This document shows, piece by piece, positions 1 through 23,917 of a stretch of 64,000 bases of DNA. Position 1 is the stretch's first letter; every line of letters begins with the position of its first letter. The translations under genes were made by a program, and so were the position numbers. The notes below the pieces were generated by a model. The model did not search any database and was not told the origin of the DNA. It worked only from the letters and a program-made list of their open reading frames with translations. This stretch comes from Eledone cirrhosa (taxonomy: Eukaryota): contig OZ024741.1 of assembly GCA_964016885.1 (NCBI GenBank), positions 340,938,001 to 341,002,000 of the forward strand, given 5' to 3'.

Positions 1-1452
<1,452 letters not shown>

Positions 1453-1607
1453 TTGTTATACTTTGGGAGGGTCATGTTGCCAATAAGAAACACACGCACC
1501 AGTTGCTTTCACTTCAGTTTACTATATATTTATAAATTTACGAGTTTATAAAGTTATAAATTTCTGGTTGGTTGGTTGGTTCCACAACCAGATAGTTGTT
1601 TATATAT

Positions 1608-1652
1608 AGTCATAGTCCTTTCGTCACACACTCTGTGACCTCTTCAGTGACT
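1608..1652 (-). ncRNA. Minimal type I hammerhead ribozyme
   Basis: Minus strand: AGTCA CTGAAGA GGTCACA GAGTG TGTGAC GAAA GGAC TA TGACT; stems I and II pair. Confidence 0.8.
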
Positions 1653-1864
1653 GGGGATTCCTTTCTTTGTTTCTGTGCCTCTCCTTTGTTCTGTCCTACG
1701 CTATTTTGTTTCTGTGTGTGTGTTGTGTGCTCAGTCTGCGCATGCGCCACATCCGGGTGTCTGTGTGTGTTTATGTTCATTTATCTATTTGTTTATTTAT
1801 TTATTTATTTACATGTTACTGGTTGGTTGTTTGTTCTATGTGTGTGTGTGTTTTCACTTTGTCC

Positions 1865-2069
1865 TTAATTGTAAGTTGTAATGTTGCTGTTCCACTCATA
1901 TTTTCTATTTAATTTTGGTTGTAATTCTTTTATGTTTATTGCCTCTGTAATTTGTCTAAACATTGCATCTTTTCTGTGTGTAGATTCTATTTTTATTTCT
2001 ATGTTCTCTAATTTACCCTTGTGTTCTATCTTAGCATGTTGGTAGAGTACAGATGATTCTTTATTATCT
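1865..2069 (-). pseudogene. Inverted copy of PLE GIY-YIG C-terminal fragment
   Basis: Same peptide DNKESS...ITTYN on the minus strand. Confidence 0.8.
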
Positions 2070-2070
2070 G

Positions 2071-2307
2071 GAACGGATAAATGAACACTGGCGAGACCTT
2101 CAAGATAATAAAGAATCATCTGTACTCTACCAACATGCTAAAATAGAACATAAGGGTAAATTAGAGAACATAGAAATAAAAATAGAATCTACACACAGAA
2201 AAGACGCAATGTTTAGACAAATCACAGAGGCAATAAACATAAAAGAACTACAACCAAAATTAAATAGAAAATATGAGTGGAACAGCAACATCACAACTTA
2301 CAATTAA
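2071..2307 (+). pseudogene. PLE GIY-YIG endonuclease C-terminal fragment
   Basis: ERINEHWRDLQDNKESSVLYQH...RQITEAINIKELQPKLNRKYEW fits the R..EH / S....H / EA..I / LN pattern of Penelope GIY-YIG domains. Confidence 0.8.
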
Positions 2308-2508
2308 GGACAAAATGAAAACACACACGCACATAGAACAAACAACCAACCGGTAACATGTAAATAAACAAATAAATAAACGAATATAAACACACACAGA
2401 CACCCGGATGTGGCGCATGCGCAGACTGAGCACACAACACACACACAGAAACAAAATGGCGTAGGACAGAACAAAGGAGAGGCACAAAAACAAAGAAAAG
2501 AATTTCAA

Positions 2509-2551
2509 GTCACTGAAGAGGTCACAGAATATGTGACGAAAGAACTTTGAC
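2509..2551 (+). ncRNA. Minimal type I hammerhead ribozyme
   Basis: GTCA CTGAAGA GGTCACA GAATA TGTGAC GAAA GAAC TT TGAC. Confidence 0.75.
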
Positions 2552-2761
2552 AATATATAAACAACTACCTGGTTGTGGAACCAACCAATCAACCAGAAAT
2601 TTATAAATTCCTAAATTTATAAATTTATTATAATAAATTGAAGTGAAAGCAGCTGGTGCGTGTGTTTCTTATTGGCAACATGACCATCCCAAAGTATAAC
2701 AATATCGGTCTCAACATACGATTTCAGATGAAGAATTTTGCTAAACAAATTCAGAAACGAA

Positions 2762-5625
<2,864 letters not shown>

Positions 5626-5630
5626 ATATA

Positions 5631-7011
5631 TCATCATCATCATCATCATCGTTTAACGTCCGTGTTCCATGCTTGCATGGGTTTGGACGGGAGTTTTCCC
5701 ACTTGAGGCAAGAGTGGTTGTCTTGCTCGCATAGGACTGTTTGGCGGGTTTTCTACAGTTGGATGCCCTTCCTAACACCAACCACATTTACAGTGTGGGG
5801 CTGGGAGGTTTTTACCGTGTTGCCTACACGGCCACATTACAGCGTGGACTGTCTGGCAGGTTTTCTACAGCTGGATGCCCTTCCTAACACCAACCACATT
5901 TACAGTGTGGGACTGGGACGTTTTTACCGTGTTGCCTACACGGTCACATTACAGCGTGGACTGTGTGTTTTTTTTCGTGACACCTACACGATCTCATTTG
6001 TTTCGGCCTGGATGTTGTGGACCAACATAACTTTACATTGAAAGGGGCGGTGTGGATGGGGTGGGGGTGGTGGGACGGGGGTGTATTTTGTTAGAGATGC
6101 CTACTGACTGTAGTTGGTTTTACTTTGTATTTAGGTAACGCGGGTCTTCTCTGTTACTGAGTACCGCCAAAGGTCTCGGTCCAGTGACATTGTCTTGGAG
6201 AGGTGTAAGTGTGTGAGGTCGGAATTTATCAGCTCGTCCCAGGTTTTTCTGGGTCTGCCTACTCCGTGGCTACCATCTATCTTTATTGCCCTGCACTTTG
6301 TTATACAGCTGTCGTCTTTCATGCGCATCACGTGACCATACCAACGTCGCCTTCTATCGAGTAAACAACATCTGATCCTTCTTATTTCTAATTTTTTCCT
6401 TAGTTCGTTTATGCTTTGCCGTTCGCGTATATTACTATTACACATCCAGCGGAGCATGCAAGCTTCGTTCCTCTCTAGTCTGCGTATATCCTCTGCACAC
6501 AATGCCCAGGTCTCACTGCCATGCAACATTGCTGTTCGTATGCAGGCATCATACAACCTGCCTTTCACTTTTAGGGAGAACCCTTTAGCGGCTAATAGTG
6601 GTATAAGCTCTCTGAACTTTTTCCATCCAGTTCTGACTCTAGCTACTGTACTTTCGGAGCACCCTCCCCCACTGCTGATTTTGTCACCCAGGTAACGGAA
6701 GCTGTCCACTATTTCTATAGAACCCTCTGCGCAGTTGAAAGAGCTAGTATTTTGTGGGCACTTGCTGCTACTTATTGCACCAGAGCACCGGCCACATGTA
6801 AAATCTGTGTTCTTAGTTAGCTTACCTGTGATCCCACTACATCTTTTATGCACCCATACTTTGCATTTGGGACATAAAATGGAGTTTCTACCTACGCCTT
6901 TCCTACACACTGAGCATGGCCATTTCCCGGAAGGGACCGGCGCCTTATTTTCTTTGCTACAAACTAGAACTTTAGTCTTAGCCATGTTAATTTTAAGGCC
7001 TTTTGATTCTA
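5631..7011 (-). mobile_element. 5'-truncated RTE-clade LINE (RT C-terminal part with Cys-rich PHD-like insert, 3' UTR, (GAT)n tail)
   Basis: Minus-strand ORF ESKGLKINMAKTK...VDSFRYLG...MLHGSETW...RWYGHV.R...GRPRKTW...DRDLWR; (CAT)n tail at 5631-5650; GGATGCCCTTCCT motif duplicated in the 3' UTR. Confidence 0.9.
6131..7011 (-). pseudogene. RTE LINE ORF2 C-terminal fragment (open frame)
   Basis: ORF 6131..7144; the N-terminal ~44 aa run into the adjacent PLE UTR and are spurious. Confidence 0.85.
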
Positions 7012-7700
7012 TGCATGCAACAAAATAGAGAGATGGAGAAATAGATAAAGAGAAGAACTTCATGTAAAGAAACAGAGAGAGATATATAGAGAGAGGAAAT
7101 AGATAGAGATAGATATATATAGAGAAAAGTAGGTAGTTGAACATCCGTTGAATGATGTATCAATGATACATTTATTTATTTATTTATTTATTTATTTAGC
7201 TCTAGTATTAATGTAAGGGAGATATATGTGGTTCGGAAAGAAACCAGCCGTTATATATATAGAAAAAATGAAAAGTAACCAGACCTAGGCGAATTTAAAA
7301 ACCCTATGTTTCAATGTAGAGATATTAGTTCGTATAAAAACCAGGCACTATAATGTAAATATCAGTATTCATGAATGAGACACGTATCTAAATGTGTGAA
7401 AAGTAATGATCTTATGTCTAGTTTTAAAAATTCATATGTTTATATGATAACTACAAACATCGATGTGAATTTACGTGATCAACTCTGCAAACTCGTATTT
7501 CACACGGAGAACATTCTCATTGTGCTATAAAAATTTAAGTATACATATATGTGTATATATACACATATATATATAGAGTCTATATTAATTTTAATTTTAA
7601 CAATACTATTCTTGTCTTTACTCTACATGATTATCTATCAAGCAGAAATAGAGAACAGATTTCAATATATTAATAAAAAATATCAGAAACAAAAACAAAA

Positions 7701-7752
<52 letters not shown>

Positions 7753-8583
7753 AAATAAATAAAATAGAAAACTAAAAATATTACATATTAAAAATAAAAA
7801 TATTAAAAAATATTAAAATAATAAAAATAAAAATAAAAACATAGTATGCCACGCAAATCGACCACAAAGATCAACCCTTCAAAATTAATTGACAATATAT
7901 TGTCAAGTTCATTATAAGCATCAGAGTCGAAAACAGATAAAGCTAAAAATTATTTACCAAATCGCGTCTAGCAGAAATCATTTCAAAAGTTTAGGATGCC
8001 CATTTGGTCTACATATGTTCTTATATTTAATATAGAAGTTTATCTAGTGTAACGTTTATTCGATATATTTGGAGCATCAACTTTTAGGGTAGTTTAATTT
8101 TTCATGAAGAATGTTTAAAATAAAAATAAAAAGAAGAATAAAAAGAAGAAATCGAAAGATTTATCGGCTAGTTTCCCAAATAATTACAAATCAAACTAAA
8201 TATACTACATTTTAAATTTAAATTTATATTTAAAAGTTGAGTTCAATCTATGTTTGCAGCAACTGAATAAATTTGTCCGTAGATTAAGGGAATTTTTCGA
8301 TATTAGTATAAAGAATATCTCCTCCGCGCAGAGGTCACATGTCTCAGAGGATGAATTAAAAGGAATCCCTCTTGAGACTATATTCCAAGCCGTCGAATAT
8401 CTAACGTTATCTTGCCTAAGTTGCCAGAGTACGCCTGATAGTGCTGTTGAAGATTTTTTGCTTGGATCTGTGAAAGAATTCTTGTGGTTATTATAGCGAA
8501 GTTTAAATTCCGTCGATGTGGAACCGACGTAGTTAAAAGAATTAGAGTCCGTTTTAACATTACAGTTGTATATTATATTTTTA
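7012..8583 (-). mobile_element. Naiad-type PLE fragment (endonuclease C-terminus 8208-8583 + partial 3' UTR)
   Basis: Closely matches 25122-25500 ([20 protein letters not shown]...CCKHR); UTR matches 23705-25120. Confidence 0.9.
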
Positions 8584-10865
<2,282 letters not shown>

Positions 10866-10974
10866 TCTATCTATCTATCTAAGGTGGGTAAAATTCCGAG
10901 ATCCATGGACGAGTTCTGTCCAGCGATCTCTGTCCCTCATTATCGCTGCCATATCCTGCATCTCCAACAGACCA
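10866..10974 (-). mobile_element. Very short 3' end of an RTE-like LINE with (AGAT)n tail
   Basis: Minus strand translates [22 protein letters not shown] (DR..W terminal motif), followed by an AGAT repeat tail. Confidence 0.6.
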
Positions 10975-13742
<2,768 letters not shown>

Positions 13743-13743
13743 A

Positions 13744-13955
13744 TTAGAAAGTGAGGTTTTTTTTTTACAAAATGAAAAATAACCGAGGTGTCCTACACGA
13801 GTGAACGTATAAAGAAAAAAGATGAAATCGAAAATGTAACTGGAGTCTTATTTTTTTAAAAAATATATATATTTATTTGGTTCCTGTACCGGTTTCGCAG
13901 TTCTTCTCTTTTTCAAAAGTAGAGTTGAGATGGAGGGTCTGTGGTTTTTCTCACA
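13744..13955 (-). mobile_element. Short non-autonomous PLE-like (pLTR/retrozyme) family X, copy 1 (long terminus)
   Basis: Homologous to 29044-29257, 33692-33810 and 60926-61070; flanked by (TA)n; HHR-like motif. Confidence 0.75.
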
Positions 13956-14009
13956 TATTTATATATATATATATATTTATAAATATATATATATATTTAT
14001 ATTTATATT

Positions 14010-14040
<31 letters not shown>

Positions 14041-14067
14041 ATTATATAATATATATATATTTATATA

Positions 14068-14098
<31 letters not shown>

Positions 14099-14244
14099 AT
14101 ATATATTATTATATAATATATATATATATATAATATATTTATATAATATATATATATATATTTATATAATATATATATATTTATATAATATATATATATA
14201 TTTATATAATATATATATATATATTTATATAATATATATATATT

Positions 14245-14288
<44 letters not shown>

Positions 14289-14370
14289 ATTATATCTTAT
14301 ATATATATATATTATATAAATATATATATATATATATTATATAAATATATATATATTTATATATATATAT

Positions 14371-14584
14371 AACTAAGGAAGTGTGGTAAGGAACCAGATG
14401 GACCATAATTCACCAGAGTACTCAATACTTGGGGTAGTAGAGTGGGTAATAGGTAAAATGTTTAATCCCGGCGGCAGAGCTCAAGCCGTTTCGACGACTA
14501 TTTCTGGACTGAAATAGTCGTCTAGTCCAGAAATAGCTGTCGAAACGGCTTGAGCTCTGCCGTCGGGGTTAAACATTTTCCTAT
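14371..14584. mobile_element. Mini fold-back of the PLE-3 family 3' end
   Basis: 14449-14510 is inverted relative to 14523-14584; homologous to 40461-40600 and 43975-44036; sits in (TA)n. Confidence 0.85.
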
Positions 14585-14877
14585 ATATATATATACAGAG
14601 ATAGAGAAAATTCAGAACTCATTTCGGATTGCCAGCATATGATATTCAAGAAATGTTCATATCACAGTCCCACACTATGCTCACACAGATGATATGAATT
14701 TACATACTTAACAACAAACAGATGGACTACATCTAGACACGGTAGTTTATTAGCTATTAAAATTGGAAAGATTGTAATTAAAACTCTAAATGTTTTTCAA
14801 TATTGTGAAGTATATAGTTGGAACATAATTTTATATGTATGTATATGTATATATACGCATATATATATATATCCACT

Positions 14878-14951
<74 letters not shown>

Positions 14952-15385
14952 AACACACACATACACACACACACACATACACGCACATATATATATACAT
15001 ATATATATATATATACATATATATATAAATACATTATGAAGAGAGAAGAAACATTTAGATATAATTAGTAATAAAATGTATCATACCTAAACTGTTCCTA
15101 AATTCCTCGACTACGTAGTTTGGTCTGTCCCAGTCATTCATTGAGCAACATCGGTGAAGTTGGCACCCTTAACTCACAGTTGGGTGCGGATGCATTCATG
15201 TATATATGTGTGCGTCCGCATGTATCTGTGTGTTTCTAAATATATTATATATATAAATATATATGTATATACATATATACATATATATTTATGTGTGTGT
15301 GTGTGTGTGAATGTGTGTCTGCGTGTGTGTGTGTGTTCGTGTGCGTGTGCATGTCCGTATATATGCATGTACGCCTATATGTGTA

Positions 15386-15507
15386 TCTGAGTTCAAATCC
15401 TGCAGAGTTTGGTTTTGCCTCTCATTCTTACAGAGTCGATAAATAAAGTACCAGTAATGCACTGGGATAATTACTGGCTTTGTGCCAAAAGTAGAAACAA
15501 TTATTGA
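15386..15507 (+). mobile_element. tRNA-derived SINE family A, partial
   Basis: B box GAGTTCAAATCC plus family body GTCGATAAATAAAGTACCAGTAATG...GTAGAAACAATTATT. Confidence 0.8.
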
Positions 15508-15841
15508 CATGTAGACGTAATCATGGATCTATTCAAATATTTGGGTTACTTAATTAGCTATATATATATATATCATTAGCTTATTAATAGATACACACTA
15601 TTTTTGTTCAATGACGTAAAATGAATTATGTCTAATCTAAGTTATACTTTCAGCGAAGTTCTGCTTCACGTCCACTTTTTATTCATTGTCTTTCTGAATT
15701 TTGAAAATATATATACTGTGCTAAAATGTTTATTTATTTAATATAGCCTAGTCTCTGAAGATCGCTTCAAAGTATAAAAGACTAGATTCTCTGCTTAAAT
15801 TTATACACCAGTTCAAAATAATAAATATTGCTCTTTTTACG

Positions 15842-15930
<89 letters not shown>

Positions 15931-15933
<3 letters not shown>

Positions 15934-16085
15934 AAAAGAGAAAACACGGGGTAAGCATTAAGAGAATACCTGGATAAAATCCTTCTCTTAATGCTTACCT
16001 GTGTTTTCTCTTTTATACTTTATACTCAAGATTGAACGAAATTTTTACAAACTTGTGGAGTTACCCCTAACCGTACGTTGAATGT
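15931..16085. mobile_element. Mini fold-back (36-bp arms plus ~65-nt one-sided tail) at a (TA)n edge
   Basis: 15931-15966 is inverted relative to 15983-16017. Confidence 0.65.
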
Positions 16086-16206
16086 ATGTATAGTATATTT
16101 GGCAATATACCGTATGTGTTAATTAAAATATTTAGAAGACCATACGCTATCGGTTTTAAAGTAGTGATTATGTCACTTACTTCTTTTCGGCGAAAGAAGG
16201 GAGAGA

Positions 16207-16248
16207 AGCTAACAATCTGTTTCACGCTGTTTGGCGATCATCAGAGCC
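16207..16248 (-). ncRNA. Type I hammerhead ribozyme in a short PLE-like insert (about 16100-16349)
   Basis: Minus strand: GGCT CTGATGA TCGCCAAACAGCGT GAA ACA GAT TGT T AGCT; stems I, II and III all pair. Confidence 0.7.
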
Positions 16249-16597
16249 ACGCACTCACCTGCTTCCGCCGAAAATTATAGAAGCTGGATTCTTATAGAAC
16301 TCCAGTAATAATCAGGAGCTGATTATAGAGAGCGATTGCCGGTCCAGAATATATATATATACATTTAGGTACATATTCTAAGGCTTAGGCTGATCTGTTT
16401 CGAAAAATCGGAGAAAAGACACAAACCATCAAACTTAGCAATTAATATCAATCCCCAATTTTGGTAATTCGCATCTCTAAGACAACAATTGTTTTAGATA
16501 CCGTTTTGTCCTTTAGACCTACTAATTAGCAATCTTTTAATTTAGCATAATAAAGTAAGTATATCCTCTATGTATATAAATATGTATGTATATATGC

Positions 16598-16649
<52 letters not shown>

Positions 16650-16742
16650 TAAGTGTTTCCGTCGGAAAGGTAAAAGAAAGGAGGGTGCTCTATGTAAGCT
16701 ACAGAGCTTTTTAGTTATGTAATAAACAACATAAGATAATTA

Positions 16743-16815
16743 TTTCATTTACCAAAGGTTTCACGAAGACAGACGAGCCTGACACAGACGTCTGAAATCG
16801 GTCGTCAGAATGAAA
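16743..16815 (-). ncRNA. Canonical type I hammerhead ribozyme
   Basis: Minus strand: TTTCATT CTGACGA CCGA..CAGACG..CGTCTG..TCGT GAA ACC TTT GGT A AATGAAA; 7-bp stem I, 3-bp stem III. Confidence 0.85.
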
Positions 16816-16852
16816 ATTTATTTAAAATGGAAGTCTTCCATTTTAAATAAAT

Positions 16853-16925
16853 TTTCATTCTGGCGACCGATTTCAGACGTCTGTGTCAGGCACGTCTGTC
16901 TTCGTGAAACCTTTGGTAAATGAAA
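16853..16925 (+). ncRNA. Hammerhead copy with core mutation (CTGGCGA, A6G), probably inactive
   Basis: Mirror of 16743-16815 with an A6G change. Confidence 0.65.
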
Positions 16926-17442
16926 TAATTATCAGCCATTTCTATCTCCAAATATTTCATCATGCTTTCGCTGTGACCATTCTTCTCTCTCCTTCTACCT
17001 ATTTCGCTATTTTCTACTTTCACGCCTCTTTCTTCCTCTCCCTTTCTCCCTCTCACTTTCACCCCCTCGCCTGACCCTCAAGTAGTTCTTTTCTCACTTA
17101 CAACTGCTGGGATCAGACGTGTGTTTTTTTTTCTCTCGACCACTCAGTCTTGAACTTAAGTTCTCTTATCGAGTGGTCTTGGATTTTCTTACCTTAAGTT
17201 CCTCGCACATTGCTCGGTTTGTTGTTTTTTCACTGTTAACTCTTTTCTTCCCTTTTGTTTTCCTTCCCTCCCTCCTCCCTTTTCCCAATAACTTATCCAG
17301 TTATTGACGCCCTGTGTGGTTGATATTTTGTCTTTAAAGCGTAGAAATATCCGAGATCCCCAGTAGACAACTGATGAGGACCCCCCCATTCTTGCTTTCT
17401 TCTTATTCCCACTCCATTTTAAGATATATATATATGTATATG

Positions 17443-17506
<64 letters not shown>

Positions 17507-17563
17507 TATGTATATGTATATGTATATATATATTTATATATATTTATATGTATATATATATAT

Positions 17564-19191
17564 GCACCATCAAATTCTGACCTGGGTAAACTTAGCAAGA
17601 ACATTCTAGACAGGGTGATACAGCAAATTAAGGACTTGAATTGTTTACCTGGCTTGACCTTGTGGAAGGGAACTGGGGAGGTCATTGAGTGGTTTAATGA
17701 AATTAAATATAACAATAATAATAAATTTATTCAACTAGATATTGCTAACTACTATTCATCCATTACCCCTAATCTACTTAATAAGGCACTAAATTACGCA
17801 TTCAAGCATACAGACCTAACTAGCAATGAAATGCACATTATATTATCGGCAAGGAAAACTTTGATAGAATTTAATAACCAACTATGGACTAGGGCAGATA
17901 GAGATAATAATTTTGACATTACTATGGGATCATCAGACTCAGCTCAGGTAACGGACCTTGTGGGCCTATTTATAATTAATTCGCTGCATAGGAAAATACC
18001 CGGTGTTACCGGAGGTTTATATAGAGATGACATGCTTTTACTTATTGAAAATAATAACTCTGAACTAAATAAGAAAAGAAAACAAATTATACAATTTTTT
18101 AATTACCTTAATCTAAAAATAGAAATTGAGAATAACCATAGAATAGTCAATTTCCTAGACGTAACATTTAATCTCAACACATGTCTTCACTATCCATTTC
18201 ACAAGTTAAATGAAAACTTGAATTATGTCAATTTTAGCTCCAATCACCCCAGATCTGTCAAAAATACTATAGTGAACTCTGTTCAAAAACGTATCTCTAG
18301 AATCTCTTCCAATAAAAATATTTTTGACGAAAAAGCCCAGTATTATAATGAAGCTTTAGCTAGAGCAGGATATAGTGATAAAATTATGTACATCGATAAT
18401 AGACAAACTAACCAAAATAACAACAATTTTAATTACAGTAACAACTTTAACAACTATAATAGAAAGCACTACAATAATTTCAAAAACCAGAAAAGAAATA
18501 GAACTAGAAATATAATATGGTTTGCCCCCCCCCCCCTTTCTCACTAAACATTAAAACCCACATCGCTAAACTATTTTTTAATGCTCTTGACAAACGCTTC
18601 CCTAGAACACATAAGTATCACTCAATTTTTAATAGACATACTATAAAATTAACATACTCGTCCACCAAAAATTTAGCACAAAATATTAATAGAATAAATA
18701 ATAGGAATCTAAAACCTAGCCAAAATACCGAAAATAGCCTAAACAATATTCAACTAAAAAACTGTAACTGTAGAGATAGATCTAAATGTCCGCTAAATAA
18801 CAATTGCTTAGTTAAAAATATAATATACAACTGTAATGTTAGAACTGATTTAAATTCTTTTAATTATGTTGGTTCCACCTCGACAGAATTTAAACTTCGC
18901 TATAATAATCACAAAAATTCTTTCACGGATCCAAATAAAAAATCTTCAACATCGCTGTCAGGGTTACTCTGGCAACTTAAGCATGATAAAGTTGGATATT
19001 CGATGGTTTGGAATATAGTCTCAAAAGGGATTCCTTTTAATTCCTCTTCTGAGACTTGTGACCTCTGCGCGGAGGAGATATTCTTTATATTAAAATCTAA
19101 AAATTCCCTTAATTTACGAACCAATTTATTCAGCTGTTGCAGACATAGATTGAACTCAACATTTAAATATAAATATAAATTTAAGATGTAA
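17564..19191 (+). pseudogene. PLE-1 RT (17564-18547) + GIY-YIG endonuclease (18517-19191), split by a single frameshift in a C12 run
   Basis: Two ORFs collinear with the continuous ORF 25122..26819. Confidence 0.9.
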
Positions 19192-20403
19192 TATAAAATG
19201 TAGTATATTTACTTAAGGTATTTAACTATTTGTGATACTTGGCGATAAATCTTTCGATTCCTTTTTTTTTTTTTTTTTTCTTTTAAACCTTTCTGCATGA
19301 ATATATAATTAATGAGATTAAATAAACTACCCTATAATTGGCGTTGTCCCCAATCTTTTGAATAAATTTTTAAGCTGGATAAACTTCTATAATAAATATA
19401 AGAGCATTTGTAGAATAAGTTTTGAATGAGTTCTGCTAAATAAGGCTTGATGAACAATTTTGGTTTTGTTTGCTTTTGACTCTGATTCTATGACCGATAT
19501 GCGTGGCATACTATGTTCTCTTGCGTCCCTAGATACTCTGTGGAGTGACGAAGATATTCTTGGCGTTTTTAATTTTAATATTGATATCTGTTGTCTACTC
19601 TATGCTTGATCGATGATCATGCAAGTGAGGCTGGAATGTTATTTTAGATGTTAATGTATATCTTATGTTTTATGTCTATATATATGTATATATGTATGTA
19701 AATGTATGTAGGGTGGAATCTTTTCTAACGCATTGAAGTTTTTCATGAAATATAAGAATCAGTGCAGCGTATCACGTAGGTTCACATGTGCGTCTATATT
19801 TATCAACTTGAATTTGAGATAACCTTCTCTTTTCTCTTTTTTCACGAGAATGCATATATACTTATGTTTGAAGTTTTATCTCAGATTTTGCTTATAGACC
19901 TAAGAATTTTTAACTGAGCATGTGGTCATTTTTTTCACACATTATGGATATGTGTCTCATTCATGAATACTGATATTTACATTATAATATCTAATTCATA
20001 AAAATTGATAATTCAAATGGATGAGACATAACATATTTTTAATATATTTTAAATATATCATCTTTCTTTCTTTTTCTCGTATACACTAATTTAACTGTAT
20101 CCCTTCCCTTAACCTCTCACATATACGATGATCATCTGTCAAAAAGCAGCCTACTAGGTTTTTTCACCATCAATGTATTTCTCTCTCTCCTTGTCTCTCT
20201 ATCTCGCTCCGTTGTTTTTCTTTGCATACATCTCTTCATCTTCTTATTTTTATTTGCATACATCTCTTCATCTTCTTCTTCTCATCTTCGTTTTCTTTCT
20301 ATATAACTATCATAACAGTTTCACTACCAAATCAACTTTTTAAAAGGAAGTTGCATTATCACAAGGTATGTCACTAATTATTTATAAAACAGCTTATGTA
20401 TTG

Positions 20404-20469
20404 TATTTTGTCTGAGGAAGGCATAACATATTTTTAATATGATATCCCAGAAATATATATAACGAAATA
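20404..20469 (+). ncRNA. Hammerhead ribozyme in PLE-1 3' end
   Basis: TATTTTGT CTGAGGA AGGCATAACATATT TTT AATATGATATCCCA GAAA TATATA TA ACGAAATA. Confidence 0.75.
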
Positions 20470-20516
20470 AATATGGTTTTATAAATATAAATATAGTTTC
20501 CATTTGTTTAATATCG

Positions 20517-23406
<2,890 letters not shown>

Positions 23407-23450
23407 ATCAATATTAAATAAATGGAAAACTATATTTATAAAACCATATT

Positions 23451-23516
23451 TATTTCATTATATATATTTCGGGGATATCATATTAACAATATGCTATGCC
23501 TTCATCAGACAAAATA
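23451..23516 (-). ncRNA. Hammerhead ribozyme in PLE-2 3' end
   Basis: Minus strand: TATTTTGT CTGATGA AGGCATAGCATATT GTT AATATGATATCCCC GAAA TATATA TA ATGAAATA. Confidence 0.78.
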
Positions 23517-23882
23517 CAATATAAACAGTTTTATAGATAAATATATTCGACATACCGTAATAAACTTCAACTTCATTTGAAGAGGTTTACGCTAGCAGTG
23601 AAAATACAGAGAGAAAGAAAGAGAGAAAGAAAAGAGGGAAAAACGAAAGAAAGAAAGACAAAACGAAGAAAAGGAAGAAAAAGAAGAAAAAGAAAAAGAA
23701 GAAATGCATGGAACAAAATAGAGAGATGGAAAAATAGATAAAGTGAACAGCTTCATGTAAAGAGACAGAAAGATATATATATATATATATAGAGAGAGAG
23801 AGGAAATAGAGATAGATACATATATATATATAGAAAATTAGGTAGTGGTAGGTCATTTTGAGTAAGTGTATCAATGATACAT

Positions 23883-23917
<35 letters not shown>

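Larger units (their letters stand above)
16651..16933. mobile_element. Fold-back pLTR palindrome (16735-16933) with hammerheads facing outward and a left 84-nt tail
   Basis: Near-perfect 199-bp palindrome centred at about 16834; each arm holds an HHR motif. Confidence 0.85.
17564..20516 (+). mobile_element. PLE-1: 5'-truncated Naiad-type Penelope-like retroelement in (TA)n
   Basis: RT motifs [47 protein letters not shown]; WFAPP; CNC..C..C; IY...YVG (GIY-YIG); long 3' UTR with HHR. Confidence 0.93.

Noticed and set aside
17365-17400. CTGATGAG hammerhead half-core
   Set aside because: No correctly placed GAAA or stem partners found
17456-17563. N-terminal MYIYI... extension of the PLE-1 ORF
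   Set aside because: Chance in-frame microsatellite fused to a 5'-truncated element
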